NCBI GenBank assembly: GCA_050084985.1
Contig: JBITNC010000001.1
Span: forward strand, 172,236,001 to 172,300,000
DNA from: Nageia nagi
Lineage: Eukaryota; Plantae; Pinophyta
Reading direction: 5' to 3'
Length of the DNA: 64,000 nucleotides
The position numbers were made by a program, and so were the translations under genes. Under the pieces are notes generated by a model that saw only the letters and a list, made by a program, of their open reading frames with translations, was not told where the DNA came from and did not search any database. How positions within the stretch are numbered: position 1 is the stretch's first letter; every line of letters starts with the position of its first letter. Shown here piece by piece: positions 13,435 to 24,193 of this stretch.

Positions 13435-13900
13435 CTTGTCATATCAGTAATGTACACCTTATAGGAACAGACTCACTGGATCTAAAACTTCTTTGTTATA
13501 TCAGTAATATACAGTTCATAGGAACAAACCACACAGGTTCACAAAACATGTTTTTCACAGCCTGGACATCTGAAACAGCACACAAACTTGCCATAGCAGG
13601 GATGTACAGTTTGGAGGAACAGAAATATAGGTTAATAAAACATTTTTGTTATATCAATAATATACAGCTTATAGCTGGTGGGCACTTCCTAGTAGGTTCT
13701 GTGTTCATGTCCTCAAGTGCCCATGGGGTGAGGCTTCTCAGTTGGGACATCACAGCCCATGGGGTCTAAAAGTTTTCCCCTGTGACAAAAAAAGAGCTAT
13801 TTACCCATAGCAAAAAAATAATATACAGCTTATAGGAACAGAGCACACCGGCTCACAAAACATATTTATCACAGCATAAACATCTGACATAGCACACTGC
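13435..13900. repeat. Degenerate local repeat (four partial copies of TAATATACAG.T.ATAGGAACA)
   Basis: Copies near 13442, 13499, 13652 and 13818; two continue into CACAC.GG.TCACAAAACAT. Confidence 0.7.
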
Positions 13901-14837
13901 TTAGATACGGGAAATACTGGCACAAATCCAGTATTGGAATACTGCTTCTAATGTTTAACAGAATGATTTAACTGCTGGAGCCTGGGATTATATTATTAAC
14001 ATTTCATAAAGCAAATTTTGTGGTTCATGTAAGTTTGCAATCTACTTTAAAGTTTCACAAAACATGAACTGAACAAGTTGGATAGTTTAAAGCCTAAACC
14101 AGCATTTACCTGAAAACAATAATTATTAACTGCAGAATGTTACACACATTGCTGCATTGGGACTTCAAGGAATGTTTATTCAAAGTATACACAAGCAGTA
14201 CATTTGCGAATTCTCTATGGTCAATCATACATTCATATTTCACTGAACAAGACACCATATATGTCTAATTTGTAGCTAATTTTAATGGTAAAAAGGGGCA
14301 GTGATAAATAGAGCTTGAGCAAAGAAGATCCACAATTGTTTCTTTCTTTAACATTCTGTATTGCAAGTGGATTTTAGCTGTAATATTAAACTCTAGACCA
14401 ATGATGATAGCACAAGCTGCACGTTTTGTTATCTCACCTACTGATCCTTTCTATCTGGATAATTGTATAATTGTGGCAAAAAGATCTTTACGGAGACTTG
14501 AAAACATGAACTACACCAAAGATTTACACATCACTATATTATGATGTATCCATGTTTTGTTGGTTCTATTGTGTACTTTAGCCAAGGTAATTTCTGGTAA
14601 GTTAATAATCTTAGTCGGAAAAAAAAGAGTTTAATTGTTTTGGCAAAAACCCATCCTGCACGAAGAAGACAAGGGAGCTACATATGTGTGGGACTATATT
14701 TCAGGAAGAGCACATCCAGCAGGTAGAATAGTAGGGGCTTGAAAATTTGGAGATAAAAACAATCAGTTGTTAGTTCTACATTTTTTCCCCAAAAATTACC
14801 TGCTTTTCCTTCCAACACAATTTTTTCTCTCAAAAAA

Positions 14838-15063
14838 TGATTTGTTATTAAGAATTGAAAATGCAATATGACCACCTTTATCAAAGAGGAGTTCCTTAAC
14901 CAGGTGCTTAATTTTTTTTTTCTAAATTCAGATTTAAAGTAACTAGAGCCTTTTGATTTGTTATGAAGAATTGAAAATGCAATATGACCACCTTTATCAA
15001 AAAAATTTCCTTAAGCAGTTGCTTCATTTATTTTTTCTAAATTTAGATTTAAAGTGACTAGAG
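14838..15063. repeat. Tandem duplication 2 x ~116 bp
   Basis: TGATTTGTTAT.AAGAATTGAAAATGCAATATGACCACCTTTATCAAA starts at 14838 and 14954. Confidence 0.9.
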
Positions 15064-15104
15064 TCGGTTTAAGTGTGTATATAAACAAGGTAGAGACGCC
15101 ATCC

Positions 15105-15426
15105 GCTATTTAATTAACATCTTTTTTTGTTTATGTTTTTGCACGTGATGTATAAATAGGGAGAGAGCACATTCAAAAAGTCCAATACTCTCTATTTTAT
15201 TTGGAAGCATCGGCTATTTAATTAATATCTTTTTTTGTTTGTGTTTTGCACGTGATGTATAAATAGGGAGAGAGCACATTCAAAAAGTCCTATACTCCCT
15301 ATTTTATTTGGAAGCATCGGCTATTTAATTAACATCTTTTTTTGTTTGTGTTTTGCACGTGATGTATAAATAGGGAGAGAGCACATTCAAAAAGTCCAAT
15401 ACTCCCTATTTTATTTGGAAGCATCG
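15105..15426 (+). promoter_or_regulatory. Triplicated core-promoter module (3 x 107-108 bp), each with G-box and TATA box
   Basis: Units 15105-15212, 15213-15319, 15320-15426; CACGTG at 15142, 15249, 15356; TATAAATA at 15151, 15258, 15365. The last unit ends 97 bp before the U2AF65 ATG. Confidence 0.75.
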
Positions 15427-15523
15427 CCCGTTACATTGTGGCTGCCAAAGTTTTGGATTTGAAATAAAGACATCGATTTAAGAAGGAAGCGGCTTAGAAA
15501 AGTAAAGCAACAGGAACAGGACA

Positions 15524-17152
15524 ATGTCGGAGAGTAACGACCGGTGGGCTTCTTCGCCACGACCAAGGCAGGATTCCGGCGACGCCTCACCTTACGATCC
15601 CTTCCAGGACATCGATTCGCACAGAGACAGAGAAAAAGGGAGGGATAGAGAAAGGGCTCACAGTAGAGAAAAAGACAGAGAAAGAGACAGAGATAGAGAT
15701 AGGGACAGAGAAAGAGAAAAGGAGAGGGAGCGCCATCATTCTTCACACAGAGATCGGAGGGAGCGCCTTAGGAGCGAGGACAGAGACAGAGACAGGAGAA
15801 GCAGCAGCAGAAGGCGCTCTGAAGACTATGACAGACACAAGCGATACCGTCACAGATCTCGAACACCCTCCAGAGATGTAAAACGTCACCGGACGCGCTC
15901 ACGGTCGCCGTCCCGGTCCCGGTCCCGGTCGCGCTCCAAGAGTAAGCGCACCAGTGGGTTTGATGTGGCTCCTCCGGGCTCTGCCCCAGCCCTGCCAGTT
16001 CCAGGTCTCCCAACCTTGCCAGGCCTGCCCGCCTCCACTCCAGTGACAGCAATGGCAGCCATGCCGGGTATGTTTCCTCTTGGGACCCCCATGATGCCCA
16101 TCCAGGCGATGACCCAACAGGCCACACGGCACGCCCGCAGGGTCTATGTTGGCGGCCTGCCTCCTCTGGCAAACGAGCAGACCATAGCAACGTTCTTCAA
16201 CCGAATCATGGAAGCCATCGGAGGAAAAACAGCGGCGCCAGGGGACGCCGTCGTCAATGTCTATATCAACCACGAAAAGAAATTTGCATTCGTGGAGATG
16301 CGAAGCGTGGAGGAAGCGAGCAATGCCATGTCTCTAGATGGCATCATCTTTGAGGGTGTCTCCGTCCGTGTAAGGCGACCCACTGACTACAATCCCTGTT
16401 TGGCTGCGCCATTGGGGCCTAGTCAGCCGAGCCCACATCTCAACCTTGCTGCTGTGGGGCTCACACCGGGTGCCAACGTGGGTGCCTCGTCTGAGCGTAT
16501 ATTCGTTGGTGGGCTCCCTTACTATCTCACAGAACCCCAGATAAAAGAGCTTTTAGAATCTTTTGGACCCCTGCGTGGTTTCGATCTTGTGAGAGACAGG
16601 GAGACCGGGATCTCCAAGGGGTACGCGTTCTGCATATACCAGGATCCAGCTGTCACCGACGTTGCTTGTGCGGCGTTGAATGGGATCAAGATGGGGGATA
16701 AGACATTGACGGTTCGACGTGCCACGGCTAATAGTGGGCAGCCGACTCAGGCACAGCAGAGCATAACTTCCTTGTCAGCGTTACAGCTTCCCGGTCTGTT
16801 CCCTGGGGTGTTCGGACAACAGCAAGAGGTGCTGATCCAGCAGCCAACAAAGGTGCTTTGCCTTAAGAATGCCCTGTCAGAGAATGATCTCAGGGATGAT
16901 GAGGAGTATGAAGACATTGTTGAGGATATGCGCCAAGAATGTGGGAAGTATGGGACAGTTGTGAATCTTGCAATACCAAGGCCGAAGGGGGATTCTTCCA
17001 ATACTGGGGTGGGGAAGGTGTATGTGGAGTATTCTGATACTGAGGGCTCGGCCAAGGCAAGGGCTGTGCTGAATGGGAGAAAGTTTGGCGGTAATACTGT
17101 TGTAGCAGAGTATTACCCTGAAGATAAACTGTTAAGAGGTGAGTATGATTGA
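15524..17152 (+). CDS. U2AF65: Splicing factor U2AF large subunit (U2AF65), intronless, 542 aa
   Basis: RD/RS-rich N terminus, ULM-like SGFDVAPP, RRM1 (QQATRHARRVYVGGLPP...KKFAFVEMRSVEEASNAM), RRM2 (RIFVGGLPYY...KGYAFC), C-terminal UHM (PTKVLCL...DDEEYEDIVEDMRQECGKYG...LNGRKFGG); uninterrupted ORF. Confidence 0.97.
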   Translation: MSESNDRWASSPRPRQDSGDASPYDPFQDIDSHRDREKGRDRERAHSREKDRERDRDRDRDREREKERERHHSSHRDRRERLRSEDRDRDRRSSSRRRSEDYDRHKRYRHRSRTPSRDVKRHRTRSRSPSRSRSRSRSKSKRTSGFDVAPPGSAPALPVPGLPTLPGLPASTPVTAMAAMPGMFPLGTPMMPIQAMTQQATRHARRVYVGGLPPLANEQTIATFFNRIMEAIGGKTAAPGDAVVNVYINHEKKFAFVEMRSVEEASNAMSLDGIIFEGVSVRVRRPTDYNPCLAAPLGPSQPSPHLNLAAVGLTPGANVGASSERIFVGGLPYYLTEPQIKELLESFGPLRGFDLVRDRETGISKGYAFCIYQDPAVTDVACAALNGIKMGDKTLTVRRATANSGQPTQAQQSITSLSALQLPGLFPGVFGQQQEVLIQQPTKVLCLKNALSENDLRDDEEYEDIVEDMRQECGKYGTVVNLAIPRPKGDSSNTGVGKVYVEYSDTEGSAKARAVLNGRKFGGNTVVAEYYPEDKLLRGEYD

Positions 17153-17699
17153 TATATGTAAGAGAATGATAATTGACGTGCAAGTTACTGAAGGGTTTTA
17201 ATTGACAAGGGTTCATTCGCAAAAGAGCAAATGTACAAAGGATAGCTCTAAGGCATCAAATTGTGCCAGTTTTTTATGGATAGGCAGTGTTCTTTATGTG
17301 GCTATGTTTGTTAGCTCTGTAAAGCATCCTTGTACACATCTCATTTGTCAAAGGAAACGGTCACTATAATTTGTTAGAATTAATATCTCATTGCTATCAT
17401 CATTTCCGATGAAGTTTTGAACAGCAGTTTTACAGGCTATTTCATCATGTCCCAATTATCTAATTATCCGACTTCTTTCCATCTTGACTTTGAACGATGA
17501 TAAGACAGGGACTTGGTACGTGTTTTGAATATGGTATGCAAGTATAATTTGTTTTGACAGAAACACACACTATTTGTGTCACTACGTGCATTATGTTCCC
17601 ATAACCGAATTCTTAGGAGAGATTTTTCTTCCCATTTATGCCCTTAATATTTGAACGAGTGGTATCACTGTAGATTTGCATATAAACATTTTTTCATTG

Positions 17700-17920
17700 A
17701 ATGATGCATGTGATGCTAATAAAAGTGACAGTAGCATGTTGTAAAGATTTGATAGCTAATCTAGTGCTCTTAGCCATGGATTGAAAATTGCATAGAAGCT
17801 TTAAGGCTTAATGATGCATGTGATGCTTAAAAAGTTACAGTAGCGTGTTATAAAGATTTGAAAGCAAATTAAGGCCTCTTAGCCATTGGCTTGAAAACAT
17901 TGTTGAAACTTTAGGGCTTT
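17700..17920. repeat. Tandem duplication 2 x ~110 bp
   Basis: AATGATGCATGTGATGCT...TAAAGATTTGA...CTCTTAGCCAT starting near 17700 and 17810, diverged. Confidence 0.8.
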
Positions 17921-19775
17921 ATGTTTCATGCTAGTAAGGTTGTTAAGATTTCAAGGTAAAATGTTTTATTTACAATTTTATTGATGTGTTGAGCTTAGTG
18001 GGTCTGAGAAACTGTAGAATCTGAAATGGAGTTGGAAACATATATTACCTTAAAACGACATTCCAAAGAGATTCAAGGTTAGAGAATCCTACTACGGAAA
18101 AAATCACATTTTGTTTTGAAAGGGAGATCTTTATCAATAGGAAAATAAACTTATAGGGATGCATTCACCTCGTATTGGAACATACAATAATAGGCATTTC
18201 TTGAACATCACATGGTGTTCAATCGTTTGCATGCCTTCAAGATAAATTGACTCCAGAAGATTTGTAGGTATGTCTTATGGATATGTTCAAAACTTTTGTG
18301 TGTATATATATATATGCACGCACATGATGAAACTATGGCAGATATAACAAGTTATTTCCAGTTATTAGAGGTCGTTGTTCCTAATTTTTGTTGTGAATGT
18401 AGGTCGTGCACCAACAGATAAATGGGAAATCGGTTTTGAGTTGGCAATGCATATATTGAGATTGGGAGTATTAAACTCAAATATATAATATGAAGTTCAA
18501 GTTAGTTGAAAATATTTTAAAAAGTTTTCTGCGAATTTTGTGAAAATGGTAATTACCTCGCATAGCTGTTCATGAATGTGGCATGGGCTTGAATAGTGAA
18601 TTCTATTATTATGAATCTAGTATAATGATTGAATGTTCTTTTGATAAGATAAAAGTTTAAGATACTTTATAATGCAATTTCTATTATTTGGTTACATACA
18701 CATGCTTCATAAATTTGCTGAATTTGTTTCATTATTTGTTTTTCAAAAAGTGAAGAAGAGGTTGTGAGTTTATACTTTTCAGTACTTTCAGAATTTTGCT
18801 TGTGCTACCAAGCGGTGCCATTGCAATGTGATTGCAAATTGCTTTATATCATTAATAACATAATTTGTATCCTTCCATCATTAATAACATAATTCGTATC
18901 CTTCCAAGTTTTGGATGAAGATTTATATAATTCGATTTAGTTATTTTGAATCTCTCTTCAGATCTAGAGGTAAATAAAAAGCTAATTCGTCCTATAAGCT
19001 TGGATCAGACCTGTTAGACGTCAGGCCTCATAGATGTTTTGAATCTCAAACTTGAACAGGATGACAATAATGGTGATATTAAAAGGAGAGTTCAGATGTC
19101 ACGCATGTTTAAGTGATAAACTCCACATATCAAGTTTCCCAACAACAAACAAAATAAAAAACTCACGAGATATTGTGATTCGATAACACGTATTGGAAGC
19201 TGAAATGGAGGACATTGCTTTCTTTGTAACTTAGTTGGATATTCATGTTATAAATGTAGTTTGACATTTGTTGCTGCTTGGAATATCTTGACGTTATATC
19301 ATCAACGAAAACACTAAAAACACAGTAGAAAATAAAGAATAGAGCAATGCTTGCCATCATTTCGGTTGGACAACATACTATACACACAATCATAATAAAC
19401 TATAGAACACCTTTTCAGGAGGAAACACTTACTGAATTGATTGAAGTGCTCAATTTACTTGAACATAACATTTTAATATTACATTGTAATGAAATAAACC
19501 CTTCAGTATCTTTGTCGGTTCGATCTTTTAGAGCTTTATTTTATTGATAATAAAATGATTATTAGTTAACATATGCCCGAACAAAGATGCCCGAAGCAAT
19601 TGTTTGTATAGGTTACGATGACATTATTTATTTCAAAGTGTGAACTTGATCATTCAGCTCATTACATACAAAATCTTGTACTGGTTCAGCATCTACTAAA
19701 AATGTCAATTTGATACTCGCACAACGAAAATGTTGACTTTGGTTTAGTCCTTTGAGGATAAATAAACATTTTCAA

Positions 19776-20030
19776 ATGGAAGCAAGCTACAGGAGTTGGG
19801 AAAATAAGGGTAAGTGAAAACTCTCCCCTTGAGTGGGAGAGACCCAGGTTTCAATCCCATCTTTAGTGAGTGGAAATATTTAAAAAAATCCTATCGAGTG
19901 ATGGTAGATGTGGTTGAGGTGGGGATTGTGCCCTTGGTGGCTTTTGATGTCGTGGATGCTCTTCAATTGTGGAATCTCATTCCAAGAAATTCTCCTCCCT
20001 GTAAAGGGGGTGGCTTTCATTCAAAAAAAA
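19776..20030 (+). mobile_element. tRNA-derived SINE
   Basis: GGAGTTGG head, B-box-like GGTTTCAATCCC at 19847-19858, A8 tail at 20023-20030, imperfect flanking direct repeat AAATAAACATTTTCAA / AAATAAACACTTCAA. Confidence 0.6.
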
Positions 20031-20935
20031 TAAACACTTCAACTTGTGGAAAATGTGAAGAAAGCTATATTAGTACAAAATGTTTACTATGCATAATAAT
20101 TAAAGGATATCTCAATTTATTGCTTGTGATGTACTACCTTGTTCTCAAATAGGATAAATAGATAAGTCTTTAATGTCTTTTAAGGATCTAGCAAAGTTTG
20201 TTTATAAGTAAAGTAAAAGTAAAATATACATCAATTAAGTATTCAAATGGTTATTTCTCACATAATTAAGTTGTATAATAAAATTGTCAAGCTTATTTTG
20301 GTTATCTTGGTTTAAAAATTTATGGATCAAGTTGAAGTTTCATATACATCTAAATGTTTGTCTAATGTCTTTGTAAAGTAGGCAAGAAAAAAGAAAGTGA
20401 ATCTCATAATTCTCTATGACATTTAGGTTACAAAACTTATAAAAGTCTTTTACTTTCTACATAAGCACCTTGAACAAAGATATTTACTTGCTTTATATAA
20501 GCACCTTGCATTAACCTAGAATAATCAAATGTTGTCTTTAAATAATAAAAATATTTACTTGCTTTATAAGCACATTGTATGAACCCAATAATGGAAAGAA
20601 TTACATGTTGTAAAACAAAATCTTCCTCAATAGTAGAATGGAGCACATGGTTGATAGAAGCTTTCCAATATATCTTAATTTTATAGATAATAAATAATTA
20701 TTAGTTAACACATTCAAACAAAGGTGTTCTTAGCACTTTTATTTATAGGTAACGATGACAAATGTTTTATTAGATAAGTATTTGAATGATTGATAAAAGC
20801 TTTTTGGCATAAATATATAAATGTTTAGCTCATAGGATAATGTCGTTTGCATAAAGTAAGAGAACAATTATGAGGTTGTGAAGGTTTGTGTTTAAGCATC
20901 TTATTTTTTTTGAGATATTTTTATAGTTAATCTAT

Positions 20936-22600
20936 ATTTTTTTGATATATATTGATGGTGGTTTTCGATGGGAACCAATAAGCCATTGTACAAAAAGTAA
21001 TGCCTTGATATTTAAATTTTTTCAAAGGCCCAACAATAAAACCTACATAGTAATACTAAATTAGTACCTACTAAGCCTATTGACTACATTACTACTCCAC
21101 GTAGACCTCCAAAGGTTTCAAAAATTAACCACTACCAACTTTGTCAAACCTAGTCATCACCCACTCAATAGTCAGATAATGTTCTACACATCTAGCTCCT
21201 TGAAAATAATCTCCTAGAGCTTATCCACTTGGGTGATGATGTTATGAAGCCCCGTCAGTAATGCTCCTTGCAACAATCCAATCTCCTTCAACAATAATCC
21301 TTTGTCTGCTCGGAGTTTCTTTATCTTGGTCCTCGTTCCCTCGTTAATTAGCGAACCAGGGGGGCTGAAATTTCATGAATCATCAAACTCCTCTTCCATC
21401 CTAGCCTTTCCCATATGTAGCAAGCTACGATGACTCCCTCCCACCTCCCTGCCCCTAGCTCCTCCCCTCCCTTCTCCTTCGGAATCACTCTTTTTTTGGC
21501 CACGACGACGACTCCCTCCCACCTCCTTGCCCCTAGCTCCTCCCCTCCCTTCTCCTTGGGAGTCATTCCTGGAATAGAAAATACGATATGTTCACCCACT
21601 TCCTCCAACGTATTTGGTTCAGGATTGCCAAGTGATAGCCCCTGACCTAGGTCATTTGCATGTCCAAGGTGATGTAATTTATGATCGTGCCAACAACCTT
21701 TGACCATGGCTGTGGGAGATCCTCTCTCAAAATGTACTTCCCATCCCATCCAATCTTCTCATTCATGTAGAAGAAATTCAATTCCATTTGCTGGAGATGT
21801 TTGTCCCTTTGGATCTTTAGCTTGTCATCAGGTAAACTGATTATCTTTGCCAATACTCATGTGGTGATTTCAAACATGAACGATCCTATTGAGTTGCAAC
21901 CCTCCACCCAATTATTTGCCATCTCATGGGAAACATTCACATCGAAGCCATCAAATAGTTCTAGGAAATCCAAGTAGCCCATATTCACCAAGACTGCTTT
22001 GATATCCTCACTAATAAGGAGCTTCAAAGGCTTCAATCGTAGGTTTTTATACCCTCCTTACCACCCCTCCAATTCTCTCTTCTAGGGTCCCCTTTGGAAG
22101 CCCCATCAAAATTGAGCTTATAGGTCCCTTGAGGTGGTGGCTCCCAAATGCAAAGAGCTCTCAGATTATAGGGTAGATTCCTTGGGATATGCTTTAGGCC
22201 CCACTCTACAAGGATGCAACATTCCTCATCTGAGTCCCAATCCCCTTTGAATTGGATTGAATTAAAATTATTCAAAGTTAAACACTCAATTATGTTCCAT
22301 ACTTCTCTCCAGTTTGATTTCTTTTCAATGAAAATTCTAGAGTTCTTTTTTTCTAAAGTCCCCATATCATGTGGGATAAACTTAGTTTCCATAATTGCAT
22401 GATCCTTTTACCCTTTATAAGAGGATCCCATTGAAGACAAAGGTATGTAATTGATCTTGGTAATACCCACACATAGTGAAAGGATTCAAACAACTTATTA
22501 CATAGTTCAACTGCAAATGGGCACTACACAAACAACGTATCCTCCTCTACCTGTTTACACAAGGAGCATCTTCTTGGCAATGCAAAGCTTGTCCAAATAC
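20936..22600 (-). mobile_element. L1-clade LINE 3' portion: zf-RVT, truncated RNase H, extra downstream ORF, poly(A)
   Basis: RCSLCKQVEED near 22540-22575; WEPPPQGTYKLNFDGASKGDP in ORF 22033-22392; extra ORF ~22080-21000; T-run at ~20936-20943. Confidence 0.75.
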
Positions 22601-24190
22601 AAATATGAGTTTAGAAGGTATTTTTAAGTCAACCATACATTTTAGAAGTTTACCCTTGGGAACAATATGAAAGGCTTTTTTGAAATCTACAAAGAAGAAA
22701 ATAAATCTTCTTTATCATTTTGAAATTTTTTAGTAATAATCCAAAAAGTGAGGATGTGATTGATTGTTGAATATTTTCTTCTAAAACCAACTTGATCTTT
22801 AGCTTTTGAATTATCATCATCAAGTCAATTATTGATTTTCTTGTCCATAATATTACTAAAGTTTGACAAGTAAAGGATATATCATAATAGTTTTATAATT
22901 TGATAGGTTGTTTTTGTCTCCAATTTTGTATATAATAATGATTGAACTTATAGTCCATTGCTTATGAAATCCTTCTTTAAGAGATGCATTGAATAAGGTT
23001 TGGATGTGAGAAGCAAGGATAGAACTTACAATTTTCATAATTTCTTCTTAATACTCTTCTATGTCTTTGGTTTTCCTTTTTGATAGCCTTGTGATTCCAT
23101 CCGTAATGTCCTCTATATAGAAAGCATTCTTTTGGGTAACTGGAAATGTTATCATGTAAAGTGTCTCCCACATTTAGAGGGGATATATAAAGCTTTTCGA
23201 GATATGAACTACAACTATTTATATCAATTCGAGGTTCAACTATTCTTTTTCTAGGTAAAATTATTTTTCAAAATTATTTTGAATTATGTGTACATAAATC
23301 TAGGAGTTTTTCTTATTTTTAAAGTAAAAATACATATTTCTTATATTTAACCAAATATTTATATTATGTTGTTTTCTAATTTTTATCCGTATTATTTTGA
23401 GAAATTTTAGTATTTTTTCTTATAATTTTACATTCAATGTCTTACCATCTATTTATTTTTAGATGCTTATGGGTTATATACTTTTAATAATAATGTTTAT
23501 TGATGTAGGTAGATAGTTTTGAGGTCCTTTTCTCCATGAAAAGCCTTGGCGATTCCAAAGGAGTACCTTAAAGTTTGATTGCTATTCTTATTTATTATCT
23601 AAGATTATGAATTTGATATCTAATGAATGCTATTTTTCCATCTTTTCTTGCTTCTTTAATTTTTGTATTTCTTTGTATAACTTAGTGAATAAGATCTTTA
23701 TTGATAAAAATTCTTGTTCCTTTTAGTTCCTAAGAGTTACAAGTAGATTTTATTGAAATTGGAGGACAATTTAATACAAAATAATTTCTTCATGTTTTCA
23801 ATTTTTTTCTTACTCTTTCAATTTCTAAGATATATTTAGTATCAATTTTTAAAATTGGTTGATGTTTAGAATTAACTAATTCTAATGCATTTTCTTGATT
23901 TATTTCATCTAGACCTACTATTATTAAGTTTAAAGATTGGTTGGATAATTCTTGTTCTAGTTTGGATGCTTTGTTTGTCTCAACCTTTATAGGAGAAGGT
24001 TTAAAGATGCTATTTTTTGAAATATTAGTAATTGCATCATTCATAGTATTTTCTTGGTCCTTTTTTTGGTGTAGATATAAACTAATAGACTCTATAGTTT
24101 CTACTTTATGTTGAAGGTATTTTATTGGTTTTATATATGATCACATATTTTCAACTTCAATTTTAAAGTGTGTTATTTCTTGATTAGTTT
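22600..24190 (-). mobile_element. Non-L1 LINE remnant (RTE-X-like): ORF1 and start of reverse transcriptase
   Basis: ORF1 motif SLNLIIVGLDE (23790-24044); RT motifs W..S.II.IYK.GDKNN.SNY.TI, QVGFRR.YST..HI and FVDFKKAF at 22650-23040. Confidence 0.7.
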
Positions 24191-24193
24191 TAG

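Noticed and set aside
14401-14444. ATGATGA...CTGA C/D-box-like pair
   Set aside because: Too short, with no terminal stem and no recognisable rRNA/snRNA guide.
15151-15170. GGGAGAGAGCAC resembling the 3' end of miR156/miR535
   Set aside because: Only about 10 nt match, the 5' half is a TATA box, and there is no miRNA-length precursor stem.
15105-15426. Regularly spaced repeats considered as a CRISPR-like array
   Set aside because: Whole units are repeated with no unique spacers; eukaryotic context and no cas genes.
15411-17222. Several antisense ORFs overlapping U2AF65
   Set aside because: Expected shadows of a GC-rich, repetitive CDS; no recognisable domains.
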